From IMG/VR virus record IMGVR_UViG_3300036845_000721, positions 67,445-131,444 of that record: a DNA stretch of 64,000 nucleotides; one strand, written 5' to 3'. Numbering within the stretch: the first letter of the stretch is position 1; each line of letters begins with the position of its first letter. Origin of the DNA: a virus. The notes beneath the pieces were generated by a model. That model worked only from the letters and a program-made list of their open reading frames with translations, had not been told where the DNA came from and did no database searches. Shown piece after piece: positions 46,754 to 55,265 of the stretch. Position numbers and translations under genes: made by a program.

Positions 46754-46833
46754 CCGCATCCGGCCTAGACTGAGGACAACTCAACCGCCCGCGGCCAGCA
46801 GGAGCCGGGCTTCGCAGGACAGGAGCCCAGCAA

Positions 46834-47391
46834 ATGGCTGACAACAGCAACTCGGTCGCCGGCTACACCCGGGACCAGGCCTCCCGCGGGGCGCCCGACC
46901 GGTCCGGCACCTCCGGCGGCGGCGACGTCACGAGCCTGCCCGGCCAGCTGCCGGGCGAGACCGATCACGGCATCTTCGGCGGCCCGCTGCCCACGTCGAC
47001 CGGCGCGCCCGGCTCGGCCGGCGGAGCCGCGCCAGCGGACCCGACCAACGAGGCCGGGCAGGAGACCGACAGCTTCACCGGCCTGTCTACCGACGACATC
47101 ACCGACACCGGGGCGCCGGGCACGACCGGGGCGCAGCACTCGGAGGGCACCGGATCGGACTCGGTCAGCTTCACCCGGCCCGGCAGCTTCCAGTCCGGTA
47201 CCTACGCCTCCGACACCGTCCGCGACAACATCGACGGTCCCGGCAACTGGACCGAGGCCAACGACTCCGGGTACGGGACCGGCGGCCCGCAGCTGCCCGG
47301 CATCAAGGGCAACGAGCCCGAAGCCGGGTCGTCCCGGTACCAGCCGGGCGGCGGCCGGGTGCTGCGCGGCGGCCGGGACGTCCGCGGATAG
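46834..47391 (+). CDS. Gly/Thr/Pro-rich acidic protein, paralog 1
   Basis: Shares several blocks with 47395..47964. Confidence 0.75.
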   Translation: MADNSNSVAGYTRDQASRGAPDRSGTSGGGDVTSLPGQLPGETDHGIFGGPLPTSTGAPGSAGGAAPADPTNEAGQETDSFTGLSTDDITDTGAPGTTGAQHSEGTGSDSVSFTRPGSFQSGTYASDTVRDNIDGPGNWTEANDSGYGTGGPQLPGIKGNEPEAGSSRYQPGGGRVLRGGRDVRG

Positions 47392-47394
47392 CCG

Positions 47395-47964
47395 GTGGCG
47401 AGCCAGGTCCCCGGCTACGGCCCCGCCCGCCGCGCCGGGGAGGACGAGACCGGCGCGTCTTCCGGCGTGCGCGAGCGCGATGACGTCACCAGCCTGCCCG
47501 GCCAGCTGCCCGGCGAGAACGACCACGGCATCTTCGGCGGCCCGCTGCCGGCCGGGACCGGCGCGCCGGGTTCCGAGCCGTCCCGCCGGACCGCCTCGCC
47601 GGCCGATGCGACCAACCTGCCCGGCCAGCTCGGCGAGGTGTTCACCGGGGTGCCGGTGTCGGATGCCGCCGGCTACTCCCCGTCGCTGAAGATCGGGACG
47701 CAGGGCGCGGTCCCCAGCACCGGCACCGGCCCGGACCCGGTCAGCTTCACCCGGCCCGGGTCCTACCTGTCCGGCACGTACGCGGCGGAGACCGTCCGCG
47801 GCGACATCGAGGGACCGGGCAACTGGACCGAGGCGAACGATTCCGGCTACGCGACGGGCGGCCCGCAGCTGCCCGGCATCCGGGGAAACGAGCCGGTGGC
47901 CGGCGGGGACCGCTACCAGCCGGGCGCCCCCGGCCGGATCCGGCACGGCACCGGCCGTAACTGA
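47395..47964 (+). CDS. Gly/Thr/Pro-rich acidic protein, paralog 2
   Basis: DVTSLPGQLPGE.DHGIFGGPLP and GPGNWTEANDSGY.TGGPQLPGI blocks. Confidence 0.7.
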   Translation: MASQVPGYGPARRAGEDETGASSGVRERDDVTSLPGQLPGENDHGIFGGPLPAGTGAPGSEPSRRTASPADATNLPGQLGEVFTGVPVSDAAGYSPSLKIGTQGAVPSTGTGPDPVSFTRPGSYLSGTYAAETVRGDIEGPGNWTEANDSGYATGGPQLPGIRGNEPVAGGDRYQPGAPGRIRHGTGRN

Positions 47965-47978
47965 ACAGGAGGAACCTG

Positions 47979-48413
47979 ATGCCTGACTGGGACAACCACG
48001 GTACTGTCCGGGACCTGTCCGAGCTCGCCGCCGACTCGATGTGGCTCACCAGCCAGTCGGCGGGCAACATGACGTCGTCCAGCAAGCAGGCAATGACCGC
48101 GCCCGGTTCGACGCCGGTCGACCCGCTGCCGGACCGGGTGCACCAGTCCGATCCGCAGGTCGTGCCGTCCGGCCCGCAGATCGAGGTCGGCACCAGCGGC
48201 AAGCCGCAGGCCCGGACCGACTCCGGCCCGGCGCCGCGGGCGGCCTGGGTCCCGACGGTGCCGGCCGAGCCGGACCGCCCGGAGCCGCGCCCGGACCCGC
48301 TGGCGGTAGCCGACCGCGAGCCTGACGAGCCCCACCCGGGTACCCAGATGCCTTTCAGCCACGGAACGTCCCGTGCCGCGGCCGGCCCCGCCGGGGTCAC
48401 CGCGGCCGGATAG
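47979..48413 (+). CDS. Pro-rich hypothetical protein
   Basis: AGGAGG RBS. Confidence 0.65.
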   Translation: MPDWDNHGTVRDLSELAADSMWLTSQSAGNMTSSSKQAMTAPGSTPVDPLPDRVHQSDPQVVPSGPQIEVGTSGKPQARTDSGPAPRAAWVPTVPAEPDRPEPRPDPLAVADREPDEPHPGTQMPFSHGTSRAAAGPAGVTAAG

Positions 48414-48426
48414 TGAGGAGACAGCA

Positions 48427-48603
48427 ATGCCCGATGCACCCAGCCCGATCACCAGCCCGCCCGAAGTACCCGGCCAGCCGTGGGACGCCACGTCCGAGAC
48501 CCCGGTCGCCGGGTGGAAGTCCGTCGATGACGTGGCCGGCACTGACGGCGACCACTTCGACGGCCTGCCCGACGCCGGCGAGGGCGGCTGGAAGCAGACC
48601 TGA
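48427..48603 (+). CDS. Small acidic Pro-rich protein (58 aa)
   Basis: GAGGAGACA RBS. Confidence 0.6.
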   Translation: MPDAPSPITSPPEVPGQPWDATSETPVAGWKSVDDVAGTDGDHFDGLPDAGEGGWKQT

Positions 48604-48605
48604 CT

Positions 48606-48803
48606 ATGAGCCAGCCCTGGCCGGACGGCACAGAGCCCGGTAACCCGGGCGGCCTGGATATGGGCACCGTCAAGGAACCCGGTACCGAGTGCGCCCGGGA
48701 ATGGCCTGATGGCCCGCCCGGCGCGGATTTCTACGACCCGCCGCCCGCGGGTGACGGCTCGGTCCGGGAGCCCGGCCGCCGCGAGCGCGGCGGAGGGAGG
48801 TAA
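48606..48803 (+). CDS. Small Pro/Gly-rich protein
   Basis: Tightly packed ORF. Confidence 0.5.
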   Translation: MSQPWPDGTEPGNPGGLDMGTVKEPGTECAREWPDGPPGADFYDPPPAGDGSVREPGRRERGGGR

Positions 48804-48808
48804 CGCCG

Positions 48809-48955
48809 ATGAGCGACATCGCCAAGCCGCACCCGCCGGGTAAGGAACTCGCGGTGCCCGGTACCGGCGGCACGTCCAAGCCGGCCGGGAAAGAGCTGGC
48901 CACCAACGCGAACGGCAACCTGGCGCACGATTACGGCAAGGACCTGGCCCAGTAG
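48809..48955 (+). CDS. 48-aa peptide with GKELA repeats and NANGNLAH motif
   Basis: Translated by hand, GGAGG RBS. Confidence 0.55.
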   Translation: MSDIAKPHPPGKELAVPGTGGTSKPAGKELATNANGNLAHDYGKDLAQ

Positions 48956-49377
48956 TGACGCTGCCGCAGCCTTACCCGCCCGGCCAGGAGATCGCCACCG
49001 TCGCCAACGGGGACCAGGCGCATGCCGGCAACGTGGTTCCCATCAGGGTCAAGCTGCCCGGCGAGGAGCTGTCCCGGGTCTGGCCGGACGGGACGCTGCC
49101 GGGGATGCCGGGCCAGCCGCCGACCGCATCGTTCACCTACACGCCGCCCAGTCCCGGCACGAACACGAACGTAACGTTCGACGGGACGGGCTCTACGGCC
49201 GCCCTCCCGTCGCAGCCGATCACCCGGTACGACTGGCTGTTCAACAACACGACCGGGGCCAGCGGGGTTACGGCGGCCTGGCGGACGCCGAACAAGAGCG
49301 GCAGCTACCCGGTCACGCTGACCGTCACCGCCAGCGATGACCAGCAGGGCAGCCAGACGCAGGTGATCACCTTCTAG
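48955..49377 (+). CDS. PKD (Ig-like) domain protein
   Basis: PPTASFT...VTFDG..S...I..Y.W.F...G.Y.VTLTVT PKD signature. Confidence 0.85.
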   Translation: MTLPQPYPPGQEIATVANGDQAHAGNVVPIRVKLPGEELSRVWPDGTLPGMPGQPPTASFTYTPPSPGTNTNVTFDGTGSTAALPSQPITRYDWLFNNTTGASGVTAAWRTPNKSGSYPVTLTVTASDDQQGSQTQVITF

Positions 49378-49399
49378 CGCGCGGAAGGGGTGCAGGGAA

Positions 49400-49654
49400 A
49401 TGAGCGGGGACCTGGCCAGCAACGCGAACGGCGACCTGGCCCACGAGGGTGCCGCGCCGCCCGGCAACGCCGACATGAGCCACGCCGGGAACGGCGACCT
49501 GGCCTACGACGGCGCCGCGGAGCCGGCCCCCGCGCCGCCGCCGGAGGAGCCGCCGCCGGACCCGGAAGTGCCGCCGGAGGAGCCGCCGCCGGATCCGGAA
49601 GTGCCGCCGGAGGAGCCGCCGCAGGTGTGGCCGGGTCCGGGCGAACCCGGATGA
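49400..49654 (+). CDS. Acidic Pro-rich peptide with NANGDLAH motifs and PPEEPPPDPEV repeats
   Basis: ORF with purine-rich RBS. Confidence 0.6.
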   Translation: MSGDLASNANGDLAHEGAAPPGNADMSHAGNGDLAYDGAAEPAPAPPPEEPPPDPEVPPEEPPPDPEVPPEEPPQVWPGPGEPG

Positions 49655-49675
49655 GAGAGAGAGAGAGAGAGAGAG
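49653..49675. repeat. (GA)11 microsatellite
   Basis: Read directly between the stop of 49400..49654 and the RBS of 49688. Confidence 0.9.
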
Positions 49676-49687
49676 GGAGATCATCAT

Positions 49688-49870
49688 ATGAGCACAGTCC
49701 TGGCATCAGGATTCGCCGTGCACGGCGCGCATGGCGTGCTGGTGCTGATCGCGCTGTTCGCCTTCGCGGTTGCCGCGGTGATCGCCTGGCTGGTCGATCC
49801 CCGGCAGGTCTGGGCGATCTTCGTCGCGGGCGGGCTGGCGATCTACATGCTCTCGCTGCTGTGGACGTAG
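49688..49870 (+). CDS. Small two-TM membrane protein
   Basis: Hydrophobic, GGGAG RBS. Confidence 0.6.
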   Translation: MSTVLASGFAVHGAHGVLVLIALFAFAVAAVIAWLVDPRQVWAIFVAGGLAIYMLSLLWT

Positions 49871-49879
49871 CGTGACAGC

Positions 49880-50587
49880 ATGGAAGATTCCGCGCGGGTG
49901 CTGGTCATCGTGCCGAGCCGGAACCGGTTTGACCGGCTGCAGTACATGCTGGGCGAGGCGCTGAGGCTGTCCGGCGGCGGCGCCGACTTCGCGGTCTGCA
50001 CCGACGACGATGACCCGGCCCCGTACGGGGACTTGGTATCGGACCGGGTGGCCTGGTTCCACGGCCGCCGGAAGTCCATGTGCGCCTGGACCAACTACGC
50101 CGCCGCCCACCCGCGCGCCTGCCGGTACGGCTACCTGGCCTCATTCGGCGACGATCACGTGCCGCGCACCCGCGGCTGGGACGGGGCACTGCCCGGCGCG
50201 ATCGAGGAGGCGGGCGGCACCGGCATCGCCTACGGCGACGACCTGCACCAGGGCGGGGACCTGCCCACCGCCCCGGTGATCTCCCGCGACATCACCGACG
50301 CGCTCGGCTGGATGTGCCTGCCCGGGCTGGCGTCCAAGTACTGCGACGACGCGTGGAAGATCCTCGGCGGCGGGGCCGGCTGCCTGCTGTACGAGCCGGA
50401 GGTCGTCATCGAGCACGTGCACCCGGACGCGGGCAAGGCCCCGCAGGACGCGGTCTACGTCGCCGGGAACGAGTCCTACCCCGATGACGGGCACGTGTTC
50501 CGGGCATGGACCCGGGCCGGGGCCGCCGCGGACACCGACCGGGTACGGCAGCTGATGGCCGCCCGCCGCCGGGGGGTGCCGGCATGA
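49880..50587 (+). CDS. GT2-like (GT-A fold) glycosyltransferase
   Basis: VIVPSR.R, FGDDH (DxD-like), YCDD..W..LG, IEH.HP. Confidence 0.7.
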   Translation: MEDSARVLVIVPSRNRFDRLQYMLGEALRLSGGGADFAVCTDDDDPAPYGDLVSDRVAWFHGRRKSMCAWTNYAAAHPRACRYGYLASFGDDHVPRTRGWDGALPGAIEEAGGTGIAYGDDLHQGGDLPTAPVISRDITDALGWMCLPGLASKYCDDAWKILGGGAGCLLYEPEVVIEHVHPDAGKAPQDAVYVAGNESYPDDGHVFRAWTRAGAAADTDRVRQLMAARRRGVPA

Positions 50588-51129
50588 CCCTGCAGGCGCA
50601 GCACACCGCCCGGGCGGGCACCCGGTCGGACATCAGCGGCCACCTGGACTTCCTGTACCGGGTCGCGAAGGGCCGCGCGGTGCTGGCCGAGCTCGGCGTC
50701 CGCGAGGGCAACTCCACCTGCGCCCTGCTGGCCGCGATCGAGGCAGCCGGCACCGGGCAGCTCTGGAGTGTCGACATCGCGCCGCCGGCCGTCCCGCAAT
50801 CCTGGCAGGACCTGCCGTACTGGCACTTCCTGCAGGCCGACGACCTGTCCCGCCCGGCCCGCGCGCACATCCCGGGGCAGCTGGACCTGCTGTTCATCGA
50901 CACCAGCCACAGCTACGATCACACCCTGGCCGAGCTGGCCGTCTACGCCCCGCGGGTCCGGCCCGGCGGCGTCATCTGCTGCCACGACACCTGCTGGGCG
51001 CCCGGCGACATCGAGCTGCGCGCCCCGGCCGGCCCGGTCGCCCAGGCGCTGGACACCTGGTGCAGGATGAAGCGGCTGGAGTGGGAGAACCGGCCCGGCA
51101 GCTACGGCATGGGGGTGATCTGGCTGTGA
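50584..51129 (+). CDS. Class I SAM-dependent methyltransferase (Methyltransf_24-like)
   Basis: ELGVREGNST, LWSVD, DLLFIDTSH.Y, GGVI..HD. Confidence 0.85.
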   Translation: MTLQAQHTARAGTRSDISGHLDFLYRVAKGRAVLAELGVREGNSTCALLAAIEAAGTGQLWSVDIAPPAVPQSWQDLPYWHFLQADDLSRPARAHIPGQLDLLFIDTSHSYDHTLAELAVYAPRVRPGGVICCHDTCWAPGDIELRAPAGPVAQALDTWCRMKRLEWENRPGSYGMGVIWL

Positions 51130-51341
51130 CGGCGGAACAGCTGGGCGACCGGCACAAGTACACCGCGGTCTGCGAAGGCTTCTGCCCGGACTGCCTGGTC
51201 CGGATGATCCCGCTGCGCTACGCCGGCGGCGGCGCGATCGCCGGGCTCTGCAGAGTGTGCCGGACCGGCTGGCGGGCGGTCACGGCCGGGCTGGAGCCGG
51301 GCTGGGACGTGCGCAGCTTCCCGTCGCGGAGCGCCCGGTGA
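51126..51341 (+). CDS. Small Cys-containing protein
   Basis: GTGA coupling. Confidence 0.45.
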   Translation: MTAEQLGDRHKYTAVCEGFCPDCLVRMIPLRYAGGGAIAGLCRVCRTGWRAVTAGLEPGWDVRSFPSRSAR

Positions 51342-51604
51342 GCGCGCGGTACTGGGTGCTGATCTCCGACGAGCTGCTGGCCCGCGGGATCGCGTGGCCG
51401 GACGGGCTGCGGTTCGCTTCCCCGCCGGTCCTGCCGTCCCAGGGAACCGACGTGATTACCGAGCCGCACGAGCTGCCGGGCATGACCTGGCGGCTGATCC
51501 AGGATGACGACGCGCCCGCCGAGCTGGAGGGCTGCCGGGTAGAGCTGGTCTTCCGGTCCGAGAGCGGCAGGCCCGTGCTGGCGGAACGGCGGGCAGCCTC
51601 GTGA
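51338..51604 (+). CDS. Hypothetical protein
   Basis: GTGA coupling. Confidence 0.5.
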   Translation: MSARYWVLISDELLARGIAWPDGLRFASPPVLPSQGTDVITEPHELPGMTWRLIQDDDAPAELEGCRVELVFRSESGRPVLAERRAAS

Positions 51605-52221
51605 CCGCCCGGCAGCCGCCGAAGGTGTCGGTGATCACCCCCACCTGGCAGCGGCACGAGCTGCTGACCGGCCGGTGCATCCCGAGCGTGCAGGCGCAGC
51701 TGCACCAGGCGGTGGAGCACATCGTGGTTTCCGACGGCCCGGACCCGGAGCTCAAGGGGATCCTGGCGCAGCCGCAGCCGCAGTCGCGGCGGCTGTGGTA
51801 TCACGAGCTGCCCGTGCACGACGAGGCGCCGCACTGGGGCGGCCCGGCCCGGACAGCCGGCATCGAGCTGGCCGCCGGGGAGTTCATCACCTACTGCGAC
51901 GACGACGACGCGCTGCGGCCGGAGCACTGCACGCTGCTGGCCGAAGCGCTCGATAACCACCCGGACGCCGGGTTCGCGGTGTCCCGGATGCTGTCCCACC
52001 AGCCGGGCGGCGAGCTGACAATCGGCACCGGGCCGCTGGCCGGCGGCGACGTCGGAACCCCGATGATCATGCACCGCCGGTCCGTGCTGGACACCGCCGG
52101 CTGGGGCGAGCCGGACCGGTTCGAGGACTGGAACCTGGTCTGGGCCTGGATCCGCGCCGGCATCGGCTATGTCCGGGTGCAGGCCGAGACCAGCGACGTC
52201 TGGCCGTCTATCTTCCGCTAG
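51601..52221 (+). CDS. GT2 family glycosyltransferase
   Basis: VSVITPT..R, EHIVVSDG, G..AR..GI..A.GEFITYCDDDD, EDW.L. Confidence 0.9.
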   Translation: MTARQPPKVSVITPTWQRHELLTGRCIPSVQAQLHQAVEHIVVSDGPDPELKGILAQPQPQSRRLWYHELPVHDEAPHWGGPARTAGIELAAGEFITYCDDDDALRPEHCTLLAEALDNHPDAGFAVSRMLSHQPGGELTIGTGPLAGGDVGTPMIMHRRSVLDTAGWGEPDRFEDWNLVWAWIRAGIGYVRVQAETSDVWPSIFR

Positions 52222-52230
52222 GAGACCGTC

Positions 52231-52500
52231 ATGACCATGCCGCCGCGCCCCGGCGAACTGCTGGCCGCTGTCGATGAGGCGAACACGCTGCTCGCGGCCG
52301 GCCCGGCCACGATGGTCACCGGGCGGAACGGGCCGCTGGGGCTGTTCACCATCCGCACCCCGACCACCACGCTGACCATCCAGCTGCCGCGGGCCGACAT
52401 CCTCGCCTGGGCCGGGCTGCTCAGAGAGCTCGGCGACTCGATGGAAGACCGCTCCCCGCTGCTGGTCGCCAGCCCGAACACCGTGCTGCTGCGGCCGTGA
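52231..52500 (+). CDS. Hypothetical protein
   Basis: AGGAG RBS. Confidence 0.6.
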   Translation: MTMPPRPGELLAAVDEANTLLAAGPATMVTGRNGPLGLFTIRTPTTTLTIQLPRADILAWAGLLRELGDSMEDRSPLLVASPNTVLLRP

Positions 52501-52649
52501 AGTACAAGGTGACACTGTACTGGGACGGGCCGGTGTTCCGCGGCGAGGGGGCCGTCGCGGTGGAGGCCGACAGCGAGGGCGACGCGGTGCGCGAGGCGCT
52601 GGCCTATGCCGGGCTGCCGAAGATCGGGGAGGTGACTCCGCAGCCGTGA
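52497..52649 (+). CDS. Small protein ending GEVTPQP
   Basis: Translated by hand, GTGA coupling. Confidence 0.55.
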   Translation: MKYKVTLYWDGPVFRGEGAVAVEADSEGDAVREALAYAGLPKIGEVTPQP

Positions 52650-52804
52650 GAGACGACCGCCAGGATGCCGCGTGCCTGCGTGGCGCAGCCCGGGTCCTGC
52701 GCGCCCGCGCACGGCGCGTCACGTTCGCGCTCCGGGTCATTATCCGTGTCCTGGAGCGGTCCGCGGACCGGATCGACGGCGGGGAGGTGACCCCGCAGCC
52801 GTGA
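52646..52804 (+). CDS. Small protein ending GEVTPQP
   Basis: Translated by hand, GTGA coupling. Confidence 0.5.
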   Translation: MRDDRQDAACLRGAARVLRARARRVTFALRVIIRVLERSADRIDGGEVTPQP

Positions 52805-53121
52805 ACGTGACGTGGTCGGTGAAGCCGGCTGCTGATTTCGGCACCGAGCCCGGTGAGCTGACCTTGCGGCCACTGAGCGGGTACCGGCCCGGCGACGGCC
52901 AGGTGGAAGTGCTGCGCGCCGACCGGGTCGTCTACATCGCCGACGAGATAATGAGCCTGATCCAGGACGGGGAGCTCCCGTGGGCGCAGCTGGTGCAGGA
53001 GAACCTGTGGGTCATCGGGTCGGTGCTGAAGATCCGCGGCCGGAACCGCCTGGTCATCTACGTGATCACCGGGCACTGCGGCCCGCGGGTCAGTGCTTAC
53101 CTTGCCGAGCAGCCGGACTAG
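52801..53121 (+). CDS. Hypothetical protein
   Basis: GTG start coupled to the previous stop. Confidence 0.55.
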   Translation: MNVTWSVKPAADFGTEPGELTLRPLSGYRPGDGQVEVLRADRVVYIADEIMSLIQDGELPWAQLVQENLWVIGSVLKIRGRNRLVIYVITGHCGPRVSAYLAEQPD

Positions 53122-53174
53122 GAAGGGTCAGCGGAAACGCTGGTGATCAGCACTGATGAAGATTTTCGCCGGGC

Positions 53175-54191
53175 ATGACGGCGGATCCGGGTGCGCTTTT
53201 TTACCGGATGCGCTTGCCGCTGGAGGAGCTGAACCGCCGGGACGGGTTCGAGGTCACGTTCGCCGACGCCGGCGATGGCGACGGGTCCCGCCCGCCTGCC
53301 GTTACCCTGCGCGACCTGGAAGGCTACGACGTGATCACGGCGCAGCGGTGGAACAAGCACACCGGGCTGGAGGTGTGGCGGCGCGCCGGCGGCCCGCTGG
53401 CCAGGCGGGTCTACGAGCTGGACGACGACCTGTGGAATATCACGCCGGAGAACTGGCAGGCCTACCAGCTGTATAACCGCCCGGACATCCGCGACGCGGT
53501 GGAGCACGCCGCCGAGACCGCCGACCTGGTGACCGTGTCGACGGAGCCGCTGGCGGAGGTGCTGCGCGAGTTCAACCCGAACGTGGCGGTGCTGCCGAAC
53601 TGCATCCCGGAATGGGTCACGAAGCTGCCCCGGAAGCAGCGCCGGCGCCCCCGGGTGGGCTGGCAGGGCGGCGCCAGCCACGGTATCGACATCGGCCAGG
53701 TGGCCGCCCCGGTGCGCCGGTTCCTGAAACGGTTCCCGGACTGGGACCTGCAGCTCAACGGGTCGGACTACCGGCCCACGGTCAAGGCCCCGGCAGGCCG
53801 GATGTTCTACGCGCCCTGGGTGCCGGTCTGGGAGAACCCGGAGAAGTACTACACCTCGGTCGACTTCGACATCGGGCTGTGCCCGCTGTACCCGACGAAG
53901 TTCTCCCGCGCCAAGTCCGCGATCAAGGCCCTGGAGTACGGCGCCCGCGGCATCCCGGTGATCGCGTCGGATATCGAGCCGTACGCCAGTGTCATCACGC
54001 ACGGCACGGACGGGTTCCTGGTGCGCCGGGACCATGAGTGGCTGAAGTACCTGTCCGAGCTCGCCGCCGACGAGCAGCTGCGGGAGAAGATGGGCGCCGC
54101 CGCCCGCGAGATGGCCCGGCGGCACCTGATCGGCGACGGCGCGGACGCCTGGGCCGCCGCCTACACCGGGCTGTTCACCCGGCCGCGGTAA
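53175..54191 (+). CDS. GT-B fold (GT4-like) glycosyltransferase
   Basis: FYRMRLP, YELDDDLW, ADLVTVSTEPL, VGWQG..SH..D, DIGLCPL...F...KS.IK.LEY.A.G.PVIAS. Confidence 0.85.
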   Translation: MTADPGALFYRMRLPLEELNRRDGFEVTFADAGDGDGSRPPAVTLRDLEGYDVITAQRWNKHTGLEVWRRAGGPLARRVYELDDDLWNITPENWQAYQLYNRPDIRDAVEHAAETADLVTVSTEPLAEVLREFNPNVAVLPNCIPEWVTKLPRKQRRRPRVGWQGGASHGIDIGQVAAPVRRFLKRFPDWDLQLNGSDYRPTVKAPAGRMFYAPWVPVWENPEKYYTSVDFDIGLCPLYPTKFSRAKSAIKALEYGARGIPVIASDIEPYASVITHGTDGFLVRRDHEWLKYLSELAADEQLREKMGAAAREMARRHLIGDGADAWAAAYTGLFTRPR

Positions 54192-54220
54192 ACTGAACCC
54201 GCAGGTGAGGAGGGTTTTTC

Positions 54221-54859
54221 ATGGGCGAGAACAGCGGCGGGTGGATGCAGGGCCTGTTCCGGACCGGGCCGGGCGGTGAGCTGCCGGCCGTCGCGGTGAC
54301 CCGGCTGCCCCCGGAGCTGGAACAGCAGCAGCGCCGGGCTGCCCCGCCGAAGCCGGAGCCGGCGCTGCCGTCCGAGCCCGGGTTCGGCGGCGCGCCCGGC
54401 GACCCGGATTTCGTTGCCGGGTCGGTGACCGGGTACCGGTGGTGGGCGACGACCGGGGACGGGGTGCTGCTCGGCATGCACGCTTCCTGGACGGACGGCG
54501 AGAACACCGCCCGCTGCCTGGCTGTCCAGCAGGGCGCGTCTCCCCAGGCGGGCAGGCATTCCGATGCCGAGGTGCCGGCCAGGGGCTGCGGCTGCGGGTT
54601 CTACGCCTGGTGGACGGTGCAGCCGCGGTACGCGACCGGGTCGCTGCTGCCGGTCCTCGGCGTGATCGAGGGCTACGGCCGGACCCGGACCGGGAGCAAG
54701 GGGTTCCGCTGCGCGAAGGCGCGGATCCTGGCGCTGTGCCCGTCCTGGGACGAGCCGGAGGCTGCCATGGCCGTCATCATGGCCTACCCCGCCGCCAGGG
54801 TGTACCGGCAGCCGGGCGCGATGCTGGCCGAGTTCCCGCCCGACCCGAACTACCCGTAG
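54221..54859 (+). CDS. Hypothetical phage protein (GYRWW...A.C...H..VP...CGCGFYA...GVIEG.G...G.KGFR)
   Basis: Cys/His pattern and coding-like composition. Confidence 0.7.
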   Translation: MGENSGGWMQGLFRTGPGGELPAVAVTRLPPELEQQQRRAAPPKPEPALPSEPGFGGAPGDPDFVAGSVTGYRWWATTGDGVLLGMHASWTDGENTARCLAVQQGASPQAGRHSDAEVPARGCGCGFYAWWTVQPRYATGSLLPVLGVIEGYGRTRTGSKGFRCAKARILALCPSWDEPEAAMAVIMAYPAARVYRQPGAMLAEFPPDPNYP

Positions 54860-55265
54860 ACGGCCGGAAAGGCCCCGGTTCCCGCGAGCGGTTGTACGGG
54901 AGCGGGGCCTTCCTGGATTGATCCGCCAGCTAAGCGGTTTCGGTTGTAGCGTCATGATACACGGCGGGTTACCGGATGGCTACACCTAGACACGGCCCGG
55001 CAGCGGAACGTATCCTGCCGATGGCCCTCGGTAATCCTGCCCGGGGCTAGACGGCCTCTTTGCATGGCGTACTCACCGGCCCGTGGGGCGTCATCGCGGT
55101 GATGCTTTCTGTTTTGCCAGCAGTACAGCACGACTCTTTCCTGCGCGGCGGCCCGGGGACGCACGGCCCCCCGGCCGCCGCGTGGCATTCCGGCCAGAGG
55201 GGAGCGGTCATGATCATCCACTGCTAGGCATTCCCAGACAGTAATCAGATGGTTACTATCGGTTC

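Noticed and set aside
54870-54915. GC-rich hairpin after gene 54221..54859 as a possible ncRNA
   Set aside because: Its position right after a stop codon fits a terminator-type stem, and nothing else supports an independent RNA.
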